Below are positions 1-8,919 of a stretch of DNA of 64,000 nt, one piece after another; the stretch's first letter is position 1, and every line of letters begins with the position of its first letter. The position numbers and the translations under genes were made by a program. Location of the stretch: the IMG/VR virus record IMGVR_UViG_3300018080_000098, positions 285,794 to 349,793 of that record; one strand, 5' to 3'. The notes beneath the pieces were generated by a model. The model saw only the letters and a program-made list of their open reading frames with translations. It did not search any database and was not told the origin of the DNA.

Positions 1-67
1 GTCTTGGGTTGTTCAATCAGTTTCTATCGGGGATTGATTCGACAGTCCAATTCAGGAGCTCCCAGTC

Positions 68-1195
68 ATGGCTCTGCACAAGAAAACACCGCTGAAAAAT
101 ATTACCTTCAAGGGCGCCAACTACAAGCTCGCAGACGGTGCAGATTTGCCTGTGCCAGAGTTCTCCCCCGAGCTGGCACCCTCCGAAGAAAACATCTACG
201 TCCGCATGTCCATGGACGACTACCAGCTACTGGCTTCCCTGCCTGAATCTACGTACGGTCCAGTCAAAAGACTTCTAAGCCGCTTCAATCGAAAGAAACT
301 CGAGTCTGGTCGTGCGGAAGTCATGGCAACAGAGACAGAAGTAGCCGATGTCATCGCGGCGTTAGAGGATTTCATCGACGAAGAGGAAGGGGCAGCAGCT
401 TCCACAGTGCACGCTCAGGACATGCTCGCCAAGTGGAAGCGCAACTACCTAATGCCTGATAAACCTCTTCCCAAACCGATGCCCAGCTACACCTCAGATC
501 TCCCCCGAAGCACCAACGTGCGTGTGTTCAACTACAAGGGTGCCAAATACGTTCTGGTAGAGGCGGACGATACTCCCCCCGATTACATGAAAAAGCGGGA
601 GTCGCCCACTTACGAGGAAGTAATCGATCAAGAAATCTTCAGCGACCTCGTCAAGAACATCAAGCCCTCTATCCGCGACAACATTCCCGTTTCGCAGCTG
701 AAGCGAAGTGTGGACGCTGTACAGCAAGCTGAAGGCTCTCTGCGGAAAGCGAGTGATGCGCTGAATAACGACCGACGTCCTGGTGTCCGCTGGCTCACTG
801 ATGCCTTTTTCTCTGGCAATCAAGGCATTCTCAACAAGCTCATGGAAGACCCGGAGCTCGTGCGCACTTCCATCAACCAATACATCGAGGACCTCCAGAC
901 TGCTCTTGCCGCCGCGCAGACCGCAGTAACTGTGATCACCGACATCTCCAACATGGTGGAAGAGAAAGACTGGGCTAGTAAGTGGACGATGAAGAAGCGA
1001 CGCAGTGAGCTCCGCAAAGAGATCCTCGAGAAAGCCTACGGCATGTCCGCCCAGGAAATCAAGGATTTCTTCAGCGAAGCGTACGCCATCAAACAGAAGC
1101 GCTCAGAGGAAAAGAAACCAGAGAAGCAAGCGACCGCTTCCACTGTACCACGCACCGTCAAATTCAAAGGCCACCCCTACGTTCTGGTTGCTTAG
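68..1195 (+). CDS. Probable virion/internal protein with 3 copies of the [IV]x[YFV]xGxxY motif
   Basis: 375-aa ORF; motifs ITFKGANY, FNYKGAKY, VKFKGHPY. Virion role is inference. Confidence 0.75.
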   Translation: MALHKKTPLKNITFKGANYKLADGADLPVPEFSPELAPSEENIYVRMSMDDYQLLASLPESTYGPVKRLLSRFNRKKLESGRAEVMATETEVADVIAALEDFIDEEEGAAASTVHAQDMLAKWKRNYLMPDKPLPKPMPSYTSDLPRSTNVRVFNYKGAKYVLVEADDTPPDYMKKRESPTYEEVIDQEIFSDLVKNIKPSIRDNIPVSQLKRSVDAVQQAEGSLRKASDALNNDRRPGVRWLTDAFFSGNQGILNKLMEDPELVRTSINQYIEDLQTALAAAQTAVTVITDISNMVEEKDWASKWTMKKRRSELRKEILEKAYGMSAQEIKDFFSEAYAIKQKRSEEKKPEKQATASTVPRTVKFKGHPYVLVA

Positions 1196-1197
1196 CG

Positions 1198-2175
1198 ATG
1201 CGGAAACGTGGATTCACCATCGAGGAAGCAGAACGGGTAGCTACAGAGCTTGGTCTTCTGTGGCCCGAAGTTCTATTCGGCGTCGAGCAATTCCGTAAAG
1301 GCATGGACGTCGAGCTCGAGCATGGCAAGCTGCACGCCGAGACAAACGTCACCAACGACGACCCGGTACTCACCGGAAAGATAGCGTGGGCCCACCTGAT
1401 GGAGCGCCCTGATTACTACGAGCTCTTGGAGCTGGTAGAGAGCGGTGCCATCAAGATGCAAGAGGGCCCCGAGATGACCACCAAGGAAATAGCGGACGCT
1501 GCGCAGGACTACGCACGCACCGTATCTTTTGCAGACTCCAACAACGGGGAGCGAGGAACCATGGAGCACCCGAATTTCATCAAGGTCGCAGGTCAACTGT
1601 ATCAGCTGGAGGAGACTCCTGAAGAGAAGCCGCTTCCCCAAGTCATCCGCGTAAACGGGTTCGAGTACGAACGCGCCGCAGAGGAGCCCGAATCCTCCCC
1701 TGAGTACATCCGTGTGAAGGGGATGCTGTTTAAGCGGGACGACGAGCTCACCCTTCACGAGGCTGCCAAGAAGAAGGGTAAAGGCAAAAAGGATGACGAA
1801 AAGGAGAAGGGGAAGAAGGGGAAGGGAAAGAAGAAGAAGGACGATAAAAAAGATACCAAGAAGGGTAAGGGCAGCAAGAAGAAAAAAGACGACAAGAAGG
1901 GGAAGGGAAAGTGGAGCACCCTTCCCAAAGGGTGGACCAAAAAGTCGGCTGAGTCGTTCTGGAATTCCATCGGTGGCTCTGTTACGAAGTGCAGAGAAAA
2001 GCTGAAGGATGCTAAAGAGATAGATGATACCGGGGCATTCTGCGCCTCATTAAAAGACTACGCCCAGGGGGAGGGTTGGCGTAAAGGCCCTCGTAAAAAG
2101 AAGACCAAGAAAAAGGCCTCCACTGCTCCACAATTCATCAATTACAAGGGCACTCGGTACGAGCTGGAGAGCTAA
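1198..2175 (+). CDS. DUF5661-like N-terminal domain + Lys-rich tract + 4 GxxY motifs
   Basis: N-terminus EQFRKGMDVELEHG...TNVTNDDPVLTGKIAWAHLMERPDYY recalls DUF5661; K/G/D low-complexity tract follows. Confidence 0.75.
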   Translation: MRKRGFTIEEAERVATELGLLWPEVLFGVEQFRKGMDVELEHGKLHAETNVTNDDPVLTGKIAWAHLMERPDYYELLELVESGAIKMQEGPEMTTKEIADAAQDYARTVSFADSNNGERGTMEHPNFIKVAGQLYQLEETPEEKPLPQVIRVNGFEYERAAEEPESSPEYIRVKGMLFKRDDELTLHEAAKKKGKGKKDDEKEKGKKGKGKKKKDDKKDTKKGKGSKKKKDDKKGKGKWSTLPKGWTKKSAESFWNSIGGSVTKCREKLKDAKEIDDTGAFCASLKDYAQGEGWRKGPRKKKTKKKASTAPQFINYKGTRYELES

Positions 2176-2176
2176 A

Positions 2177-2629
2177 ATGTCTGCACCGGACACCATCACC
2201 TACCAAGGCCGCGAGTACGTTCGAGTAGCTGGAGCGGGCACGCCTGAGGAGTTGCGGCAGCAGTCCATCGTTCTCCACGAGCTCGCACAGCAGCTTCGGC
2301 CCAGCATCGCGAGCTCGGATATCGCGGGCGAGCTCAGTTCCATACGGGAAGCGTTGACCAACATGGTACGCGCCAACAATTTCCTGCTGGGCGAATCTCA
2401 CTTGCTACCCAACAGTGTTCCTGGTAACAGCGAACGCATATTCGCTTTGGCTACAGCGGCTGCTGATGAGGTTACCAACCTGGGCGACCGGTTGCAGAAG
2501 TTGGCGGCTCGTTTGGGAACGTGGGCACTCAAAATCGATGAGCTCGTGAAGGAAAAGGCAGCTCGAGAAGACGTGCCCACGAAGGTGGTCAAGCAGCAAG
2601 AGTCGAAACAGTTTAGTCACCTTTGGTAG
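2177..2629 (+). CDS. Hypothetical protein with N-terminal GxxY motif
   Basis: TAAAATG coupling to upstream gene; PDTITYQGREY. Confidence 0.75.
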   Translation: MSAPDTITYQGREYVRVAGAGTPEELRQQSIVLHELAQQLRPSIASSDIAGELSSIREALTNMVRANNFLLGESHLLPNSVPGNSERIFALATAAADEVTNLGDRLQKLAARLGTWALKIDELVKEKAAREDVPTKVVKQQESKQFSHLW

Positions 2630-2639
2630 GAGTTGACCG

Positions 2640-3044
2640 ATGAGCCATCCTCAATACATAGAGTTGGACGGAAACATCTACCGCTTGGTGGAAGCTGCGG
2701 AGGAGCAGCGAGCTCCCGTTTCCTACGGGGACGCAATGCGCGCTCTCAAAGCGGTGTACTTTCGGTTCTTCGAGAAAGCCGACCCGGATCCGGCGCTCCA
2801 CGCCATCCTGGATGTGCTGAACTTCGCTCACGCAGCAGCGAAGGATGTGGAGAAGCAGCTGCCCGATGCCGCGCGTCCCAGTAAGTGGAGTGTGTCCGAC
2901 GAGTTTCGGGATACGTTCAATCAGCTTGAGAGAACGTACAAGAAGCTGGACCAGGCATTCCGTGCGGCGGACCGTCGGAAGGCTCTGCAGAAGTTCCTGA
3001 TGGCTCGTGGCATTCACGTTCCGGAAGCGGAGCGCATCGACTAA
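2640..3044 (+). CDS. Hypothetical protein with N-terminal GxxY motif
   Basis: GGAG RBS; PQYIELDGNIY. Confidence 0.75.
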   Translation: MSHPQYIELDGNIYRLVEAAEEQRAPVSYGDAMRALKAVYFRFFEKADPDPALHAILDVLNFAHAAAKDVEKQLPDAARPSKWSVSDEFRDTFNQLERTYKKLDQAFRAADRRKALQKFLMARGIHVPEAERID

Positions 3045-3045
3045 A

Positions 3046-4827
3046 ATGTCTTTCCGTCGGACAGCGATCCTCAAGAAGTGTCGTGACCAGGATAAAAAGC
3101 CTGGACGCAAGTATCCTGTGAGCGAGCAGGAGTATTGCTTGTGGGACACTGAGGAAAAGAAGATTTTGATGGCGGGTCCGAAAGCAGCGGTCAAGAAGCA
3201 AGAGAAAGCCGTTCAGTACTACAAGCGGCAAGGGGCTCCCGTCCCGGAGTGCACTGAAATGCAGCAAGCCAGCACTATTAGATACAAAGGCGCTTCTTAC
3301 GTAGCTCTGCGGGCAGGCCGTCGTTTGGTTACGGCGCAAGGTCCCTCAGAGCGTGTTAAGGAAGAGCTCCGGATTATGTCTCCCGAGCTTCGCGGTGACC
3401 TTGACGAGTTGGTCCGCGAGCTAGGTATCCCCGCGTGGCGTATTGTGATGGACGCGCAGGACCGTGGGATGTCGGTCTTCAAGGAGATTCAAGAGCTCCG
3501 TGGTGACCCCGAGAGCGCTTCGGAACTGAAGCAGTTGGTGGAGCTCGAGCAAGGCTACATTCAGGAGCACGGCGTAGAAAAAGAGTACGAAGGCGTGGAG
3601 TGGGAGCCGAAGGTTCCAAAGAAAACTGCCCCTCCTGTTCCTGCTATAGAGTTGGTATCTCCTGAGGAGCAACGAGAACTCGGCCCTGCGAAGGACGTCA
3701 TAAAAGAACGCATCGAAGAACGGGCTCGGAAAAGACGGCGCAGACAACCAGAAAAGCTTGCTCCTGCGAAGGACGTAATAAAACAACGCATCGAAGAGCG
3801 AAAAGAGCGGTCTCAGCAGAAGCAATTCCAGCGAAAAGAAAAGAAGCTGTCGCCGCAAAGGGAACTCGTCAAGACTGTTGAGGTCGTCGACCTTCCTTAC
3901 GAGGTCGAGGAACGGTTCTCCGAGAAGGCTCGTCGTGAGAAACTTCGTCGGGAGATCATGGCTCTCGAGTCCCGGCTCGACTTCAAAAATCTATTCCCAA
4001 AAGAGCTCACAGAAGACGACATTGAGTTCGCGTTGCCCTACTATCGGAAGCTCAAACAGAAGCACAACGAAGGGGGTAAACGGCGTGCGAATGTTGTAAA
4101 ATATAAGGGAGCCTACTACACCCCAGTAGAAGCGCTTAAACAAGAAGTCGACCCTTCCAAAAGGCTTCCTCAACAACAGGGCATCAACGAATTCGTTTCC
4201 ACACAAATTCACATGCACCGTTTGGATACAGCGCTTCAGAACGCGGAGAAAGTGTTCGATACTCTAGTAGCTTCTCCCGGGCTGGAGAAGTACGACGACA
4301 AGCGACAGCAGATAGACGCACAGCTGAGTGAGGTACGTCGGAACGTTGAGGTAGTAAAATCTCTGACCCAATGCATGGGTGACACTATCGAAGCCCAACA
4401 GGAAACTATTGGGCGTTTTCAAGATGCCTTACAGCAACTACAAGAACAACGCACGTCGAGTGCACAAGGAACTAGCGGAATGGCTACCCAAGAAGAAACT
4501 CCCCAGATGGTAAAGTACGCCGGTCACTTCTACGTGCTCGCGGAAGACGAGGACAAGGAGCCAGAAGAGGTAGAGGAGCTCGAGGAAGAGGTCGAGGAGC
4601 ACCTGGAGGAGGAAGCTGAAGAGATGGAGCTCCTGGATGCGCTGAAGTCGCACTGGCAGACCATCCTCGACAAGCTTCCGGACGACCTCGAGGTGGACGA
4701 CGAGTTCGAGGCTGCTCTCAACGGCATTGATGAAGTCATCTCCGTGATGGACAAAATCCACGCGGAGTACGCCGAGGAGCCTCCGGGTGAAGAGGAAGGT
4801 CTACCGGAAGAACCTGAAGCTGAGTGA
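3046..4827 (+). CDS. Coiled-coil, acidic-tailed probable virion protein with 3 GxxY motifs
   Basis: Start moved to ATG 3046 (TAAAATG); IRYKGASY, VKYKGAYY, VKYAGHFY; Glu-rich C-terminus. Confidence 0.75.
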   Translation: MSFRRTAILKKCRDQDKKPGRKYPVSEQEYCLWDTEEKKILMAGPKAAVKKQEKAVQYYKRQGAPVPECTEMQQASTIRYKGASYVALRAGRRLVTAQGPSERVKEELRIMSPELRGDLDELVRELGIPAWRIVMDAQDRGMSVFKEIQELRGDPESASELKQLVELEQGYIQEHGVEKEYEGVEWEPKVPKKTAPPVPAIELVSPEEQRELGPAKDVIKERIEERARKRRRRQPEKLAPAKDVIKQRIEERKERSQQKQFQRKEKKLSPQRELVKTVEVVDLPYEVEERFSEKARREKLRREIMALESRLDFKNLFPKELTEDDIEFALPYYRKLKQKHNEGGKRRANVVKYKGAYYTPVEALKQEVDPSKRLPQQQGINEFVSTQIHMHRLDTALQNAEKVFDTLVASPGLEKYDDKRQQIDAQLSEVRRNVEVVKSLTQCMGDTIEAQQETIGRFQDALQQLQEQRTSSAQGTSGMATQEETPQMVKYAGHFYVLAEDEDKEPEEVEELEEEVEEHLEEEAEEMELLDALKSHWQTILDKLPDDLEVDDEFEAALNGIDEVISVMDKIHAEYAEEPPGEEEGLPEEPEAE

Positions 4828-5176
4828 CCCTTTGCTTAAGGAAGCCAGGATAGCTACCGAGGACCAGAAGCTTCCGGAGCTACTGAAGGAGCTTCCTCGG
4901 CAACTGCGCAGCGATGCACGAGTGGAAGAGTTGCTCGTGCGCGCTATCGTCCTGGCCTTCATTCTTCCGTTGCAGGGTAAAGCTTTGCAATCGCGACCTG
5001 GGATGGCTCTTGTTTACCAGAAGCTTTTCGGGAACGCGTGGAGTGCTGCAGCAGCGATGGTACGTAGGATCCGTCCTGGGGTGCTGGCAGAAACCCGGAA
5101 GTTACTCCGAGTGGGCCCCGAAGCGTACACCAATACGGCGCTTCGTGAAATAAGCGAGCTTTTCAAGGCGAGCTAA
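4787..5176 (+). CDS. Hypothetical protein (start uncertain)
   Basis: Fills gap between neighbours; stop overlaps next ATG; true start probably near 4820-4835. Confidence 0.5.
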   Translation: MKRKVYRKNLKLSDPLLKEARIATEDQKLPELLKELPRQLRSDARVEELLVRAIVLAFILPLQGKALQSRPGMALVYQKLFGNAWSAAAAMVRRIRPGVLAETRKLLRVGPEAYTNTALREISELFKAS

Positions 5177-5478
5177 TGTCCAACAAGGCACCGAACTACA
5201 TCAGAGTCAACGGGCGCGTCTACAAACGGGCGAAGGTTTGGCAACTTTCTCCAGAAGACAAAACCGTATTCGAGCGCTTGATGTACGAGTGGTTGGATGG
5301 TGAGGGTTGGCGCAGCCTTTTCACTTACGATTTTGGCCATTGGCCTGCAGAGCGCCTTGGAGACCGAATGGCTGAAGAGTTTGGCGCCTACCTTGGTAGT
5401 CTAGCAGAAGAAGCTCTTCCGTGGAAAGAGTACGCGATGGAGCTCAAGCGTGCAAAGAATCAAAAGAAGGAACGATAA
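5176..5478 (+). CDS. Hypothetical protein with N-terminal GxxY motif
   Basis: TAATG overlap; PNYIRVNGRVY. Confidence 0.75.
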   Translation: MSNKAPNYIRVNGRVYKRAKVWQLSPEDKTVFERLMYEWLDGEGWRSLFTYDFGHWPAERLGDRMAEEFGAYLGSLAEEALPWKEYAMELKRAKNQKKER

Positions 5479-5479
5479 A

Positions 5480-5851
5480 ATGTCTGAACGCCATCCAGAG
5501 TTCATCATGGTCCGCGGGCGCAAGTACCGCTTGGCTGCCAAGAAAACGGTCACGCCTGAAGATGTCAAAGAAAGCATCTCCCAAGCGGCGGACAAAGCGG
5601 CCATCGAGAACATCATCAGCAACCTCGTGGTACACGCGGGCCACATCCAAGAAGCGGCACCCCGCATCCTCGAGATGCTGGAGGGTCCAAAATCCAAAGC
5701 GGACAAGGCGGTCGACCAACTGAAGGCACACTGTTCTGTCCTCCAAGAATTCTTGGGGCAACTCATGCCGACCTATAACCGGTACAGCCAGAAACATCCT
5801 CCTCGTAAGAAAAAGAACAAGGAAGAAGAAACTCCGGCTGCTGAGGAGTAG
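5480..5851 (+). CDS. Hypothetical protein with N-terminal GxxY motif
   Basis: Start moved to ATG 5480 (TAAAATG); PEFIMVRGRKY. Confidence 0.75.
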   Translation: MSERHPEFIMVRGRKYRLAAKKTVTPEDVKESISQAADKAAIENIISNLVVHAGHIQEAAPRILEMLEGPKSKADKAVDQLKAHCSVLQEFLGQLMPTYNRYSQKHPPRKKKNKEEETPAAEE

Positions 5852-5857
5852 AGTTTC

Positions 5858-7210
5858 GTGGATCGCGACGCAGACGGAAAAGTCGAAGTCTCCGACGATG
5901 AGACTTTCGACCTGCTCCAAATCGGGCAGCACGTTGAAACACCCCTCGGTCCTGGCGTGATCTCGCGCATTGGTCTGCAAGCTGCTCGTTACGGTGACCG
6001 CATCGAGCTCGAGCCTCCGGTGGTTACAGTGGAGCTGGATGACCCTGAACCTGGACAGCCAGACGAAGTTAATGTCTGTATGTGTAGGTTGGGGCTCGAG
6101 GACCCGAAACACGAAGCGATCATTAGTAAAGAATTCGCTCGACTGTGGCCCCCTATTGAAGAAGAAGTGCCGGAGGATGTGCACATGCTTATGGACGTAA
6201 AGAAAAACGAAGAGGACATGGAAAAAGTCCGGTCCCGCTTCGACCAGCAGACCATGACTGCGCACCGTGTGGCCTCTGTAGCCCTTCGGCACCGTCGCCA
6301 GCGCCGCATCTACCAAGACTTCGTTACGTTGGCTATGCACCTAGCAGAGCCCGCCATCGATGAGACCAGCATTCTCGAACCTGGAACGGTGGTTACGGGA
6401 GTGGAGGGTGTGGACCTGGGGGAAGCTGGTGTCGTCGTCAAGAAAATGAAACTAAAGGGGAGAGATGGAGAGGACGCTGGACAGGTCTATGTAGTTCTGT
6501 ATAACCCCGACTCTGACACCCTTCGCCAGCTGACTGTTCCGGAAGACTCCAAATTCATGGGCCACGATGGTGTAGGTGCCACAGATATGATGCCGACGGT
6601 GTACGATCCGCAGGCGTTGGACAGCCCAGAGCTCCACCCGATTCGGATTTTGCCCAACACGTACCTTCCACAGAACCCGAACTACCCGAGCTCTATTACG
6701 GATACCGTGTGGAGGCCGACGATTCGCCAGACGCCAATCCGCTACTACAAGGTCCGCGAGGCTGGAGGTTTCCAGCGGCGCCCCGATTACAAGGACCCAC
6801 AGGAGTGGCCACCCACCAGTACGGTGAACTACCCTACCCCGGACACTGTGAACCCTCCGGGTAAGCAGCGTACACGGAAGCGTGGGAAGGATGCGTACGA
6901 CCCTCACGATCAAACTCCGGACATGGATGAGAAGGTCAACCAGAAGATGGAGGACCTGGCCATGAAGTTCTGGGGTGATTATCAGCGGTATCGGGAGCAG
7001 AAGATCCCTGGCAAGGGAAGCACGCTCGACATTCACATCGAGGACTTTGCAGACGTGTTCCAGGGTCGCACTGAGATGAGCGACGATGACATGCTCAACC
7101 TGTTCAACTATCTGGTGCAGATTGGGATGATGGACGAATCGATGCTCCACAAGTACCTCATGCGCCAGGACGAGAAGTTCCGCCAGGTGAACCTCCGCAC
7201 TCACTACTAG
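5858..7210 (+). CDS. Hypothetical protein, possibly with SH3/KOW-like beta segments
   Basis: 450-aa ORF, GTG start; LQIGQHVETPLGPGVI and LEPGTVV...GVVVKK segments. Confidence 0.65.
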   Translation: MDRDADGKVEVSDDETFDLLQIGQHVETPLGPGVISRIGLQAARYGDRIELEPPVVTVELDDPEPGQPDEVNVCMCRLGLEDPKHEAIISKEFARLWPPIEEEVPEDVHMLMDVKKNEEDMEKVRSRFDQQTMTAHRVASVALRHRRQRRIYQDFVTLAMHLAEPAIDETSILEPGTVVTGVEGVDLGEAGVVVKKMKLKGRDGEDAGQVYVVLYNPDSDTLRQLTVPEDSKFMGHDGVGATDMMPTVYDPQALDSPELHPIRILPNTYLPQNPNYPSSITDTVWRPTIRQTPIRYYKVREAGGFQRRPDYKDPQEWPPTSTVNYPTPDTVNPPGKQRTRKRGKDAYDPHDQTPDMDEKVNQKMEDLAMKFWGDYQRYREQKIPGKGSTLDIHIEDFADVFQGRTEMSDDDMLNLFNYLVQIGMMDESMLHKYLMRQDEKFRQVNLRTHY

Positions 7211-7218
7211 GTGCGCCT

Positions 7219-8733
7219 ATGGTTAAACAGCCACCCAGCAAAACTCTGTTGTACAAAGGGGCTACCTACGATGCTGTAGAGCTGCCGAAGGCTCTTTTGT
7301 ACCGAGGGGCTGCGTACGAGTTGGTGACAGCTGCTGAGGATGATAAAGAAACCGGACGCGCGGTAAAAGATGTTCTGCAAACACTGAAAGAGAAAGCGCC
7401 ACAGCTTAACGATGCAGAAGAAACTTCGATGGAAGAACGTCTTGCGCCCATTACCGTAGAGGAGGAGAAGGTAGTTGAGGAGAAAGCTCCTCCAGAAAAG
7501 GAAGAAGTTCCTCTTCTGTTTGGAAAGGAGCTGCTTAATTCTTTGGAGCCCTTCGTTGCGGAATTACGTAAAGATGTACAAGGGTGGTTGTCCAAATATG
7601 GTATTGATGCCTCAGGAGAAATTGCAGTAGAGGCAGATGAAGCCGACGGTATCGATATGGGGGTGCCAATAGCTACTAAGAATTTCTCTGCACTTCCTAA
7701 TACGAGCCTCTCCTTTGACTACTACATCAGGCTACCCGAAGAGGATTTGGAGGCGTTGCGCGCACGTGGACTCACCGATATAGAAAAAGAAGGTTTTGCC
7801 GGGCGTATTCTTCGGAACATCAAAAACTTGGTAGGTAGCAACAACAAGTTGCAAGAGGTCGTGCTCCACTTCTGCAACCACGGTTTTGTAGGCACAGGGA
7901 ATACAGTCGGAGAGCTCCTGGATACTGTAGGATTTCTGCAAAAGAAAACACAAGTACGCCCCGGTGAGCTTTTGGAGGTACCTGAAGAGGAGGCTTCCGA
8001 AGAGAATATTAAAGAGTGGGTGTCTGAAGTCTTTAAGCAAATTATTGAAAACGAGATGCACCACCATGCAGGAGTAGACATCTTCCGCAAGTCACAGTGG
8101 GGCGACATCGGAAAAATGAAGGAAGTCCTCAAAGGATTGCAAGCTAAAAACATTCTTGGCGGTGACCAGGTAAGCGTGTTGATGAAATTTTTAGGGGGGT
8201 TGAAACCTACTGAGTACGCTTCCATGATCCGCGATATTCTTACACCTACAAGAGCCACAGAAAAATACAGTCTGCGCAAGGTGGTCGAAGCAAAGATTGC
8301 TGAGCTTACCAAGCACGAACAGTACAAAGGGGAAGTGAAATTCGGAATAGCCGATGATGGTAATATTGTAGCAGCTATTGATGCACCTTACCCATTTCAG
8401 TACATACTCAAACAGCGCACTGGAGGGAAGATAGAGCTTCTTCACGCAGACACAGAAATCTGTGACTTCAGTTTTATTGTGGATACGGAGCAGGCCGCGA
8501 AGGATTTGTTGACTGCAAGCTTGAATATGGCGGATGCGTACAAGCGTGCAGTGAACCCCTCTGTGAGCCAGAACAGAAAAGAGCGAGAAAAGGAGGAGCT
8601 CTTTTTGAAGATCCACGATCTTTCCAAGAAGCTTCATGAGCAAGAAGGGTTGGAAGTGGAACATCCTACAGAAGAGGAATCTGTGGGCGCCCAGCAAATG
8701 CCGGGGTACGAGTCCACACGTGTGCAGGAATAA
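7219..8733 (+). CDS. Acidic probable virion protein with 2 tandem GxxY motifs
   Basis: 504 aa; LLYKGATY and LLYRGAAY at N-terminus; last gene before a promoter-containing gap. Confidence 0.75.
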   Translation: MVKQPPSKTLLYKGATYDAVELPKALLYRGAAYELVTAAEDDKETGRAVKDVLQTLKEKAPQLNDAEETSMEERLAPITVEEEKVVEEKAPPEKEEVPLLFGKELLNSLEPFVAELRKDVQGWLSKYGIDASGEIAVEADEADGIDMGVPIATKNFSALPNTSLSFDYYIRLPEEDLEALRARGLTDIEKEGFAGRILRNIKNLVGSNNKLQEVVLHFCNHGFVGTGNTVGELLDTVGFLQKKTQVRPGELLEVPEEEASEENIKEWVSEVFKQIIENEMHHHAGVDIFRKSQWGDIGKMKEVLKGLQAKNILGGDQVSVLMKFLGGLKPTEYASMIRDILTPTRATEKYSLRKVVEAKIAELTKHEQYKGEVKFGIADDGNIVAAIDAPYPFQYILKQRTGGKIELLHADTEICDFSFIVDTEQAAKDLLTASLNMADAYKRAVNPSVSQNRKEREKEELFLKIHDLSKKLHEQEGLEVEHPTEEESVGAQQMPGYESTRVQE

Positions 8734-8861
8734 CGGCACCTGCATCGAGTGATCTCCCTCCCACCACTCCACCAACTTTTTCCGGTTGGCAAATCACAAC
8801 CCTCCCGCTAACATCCCAAAAACATTACTGTTCTTCCTGTAAGCTGCCTTCCACAAAAAAC

Positions 8862-8889
8862 TTGACTCCCTCGAACTCGCTGGTATACT
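8862..8889 (+). promoter_or_regulatory. sigma70-type promoter
   Basis: TTGACT-N16-TATACT with TGn extended -10, upstream of ATG 8920. Confidence 0.7.
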
Positions 8890-8919
8890 TGCTTCTTGTC
8901 CAAGGGAAGCAGGTACACA

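Noticed and set aside
1762-1912. Purine-rich AAG repeat as a regulatory DNA repeat
   Set aside because: Fully explained by the Lys/Gly/Asp-rich coding tract of ORF 1198..2175.
5444-6340. Long antisense or shadow ORFs (also 18773..19720 +, 57169..58257 +, 60313..61389 +, 62132..63103 +, 51525..52106 +)
   Set aside because: They lie opposite well-supported genes, lack RBS and read like reverse-frame translations of GC-biased codons.
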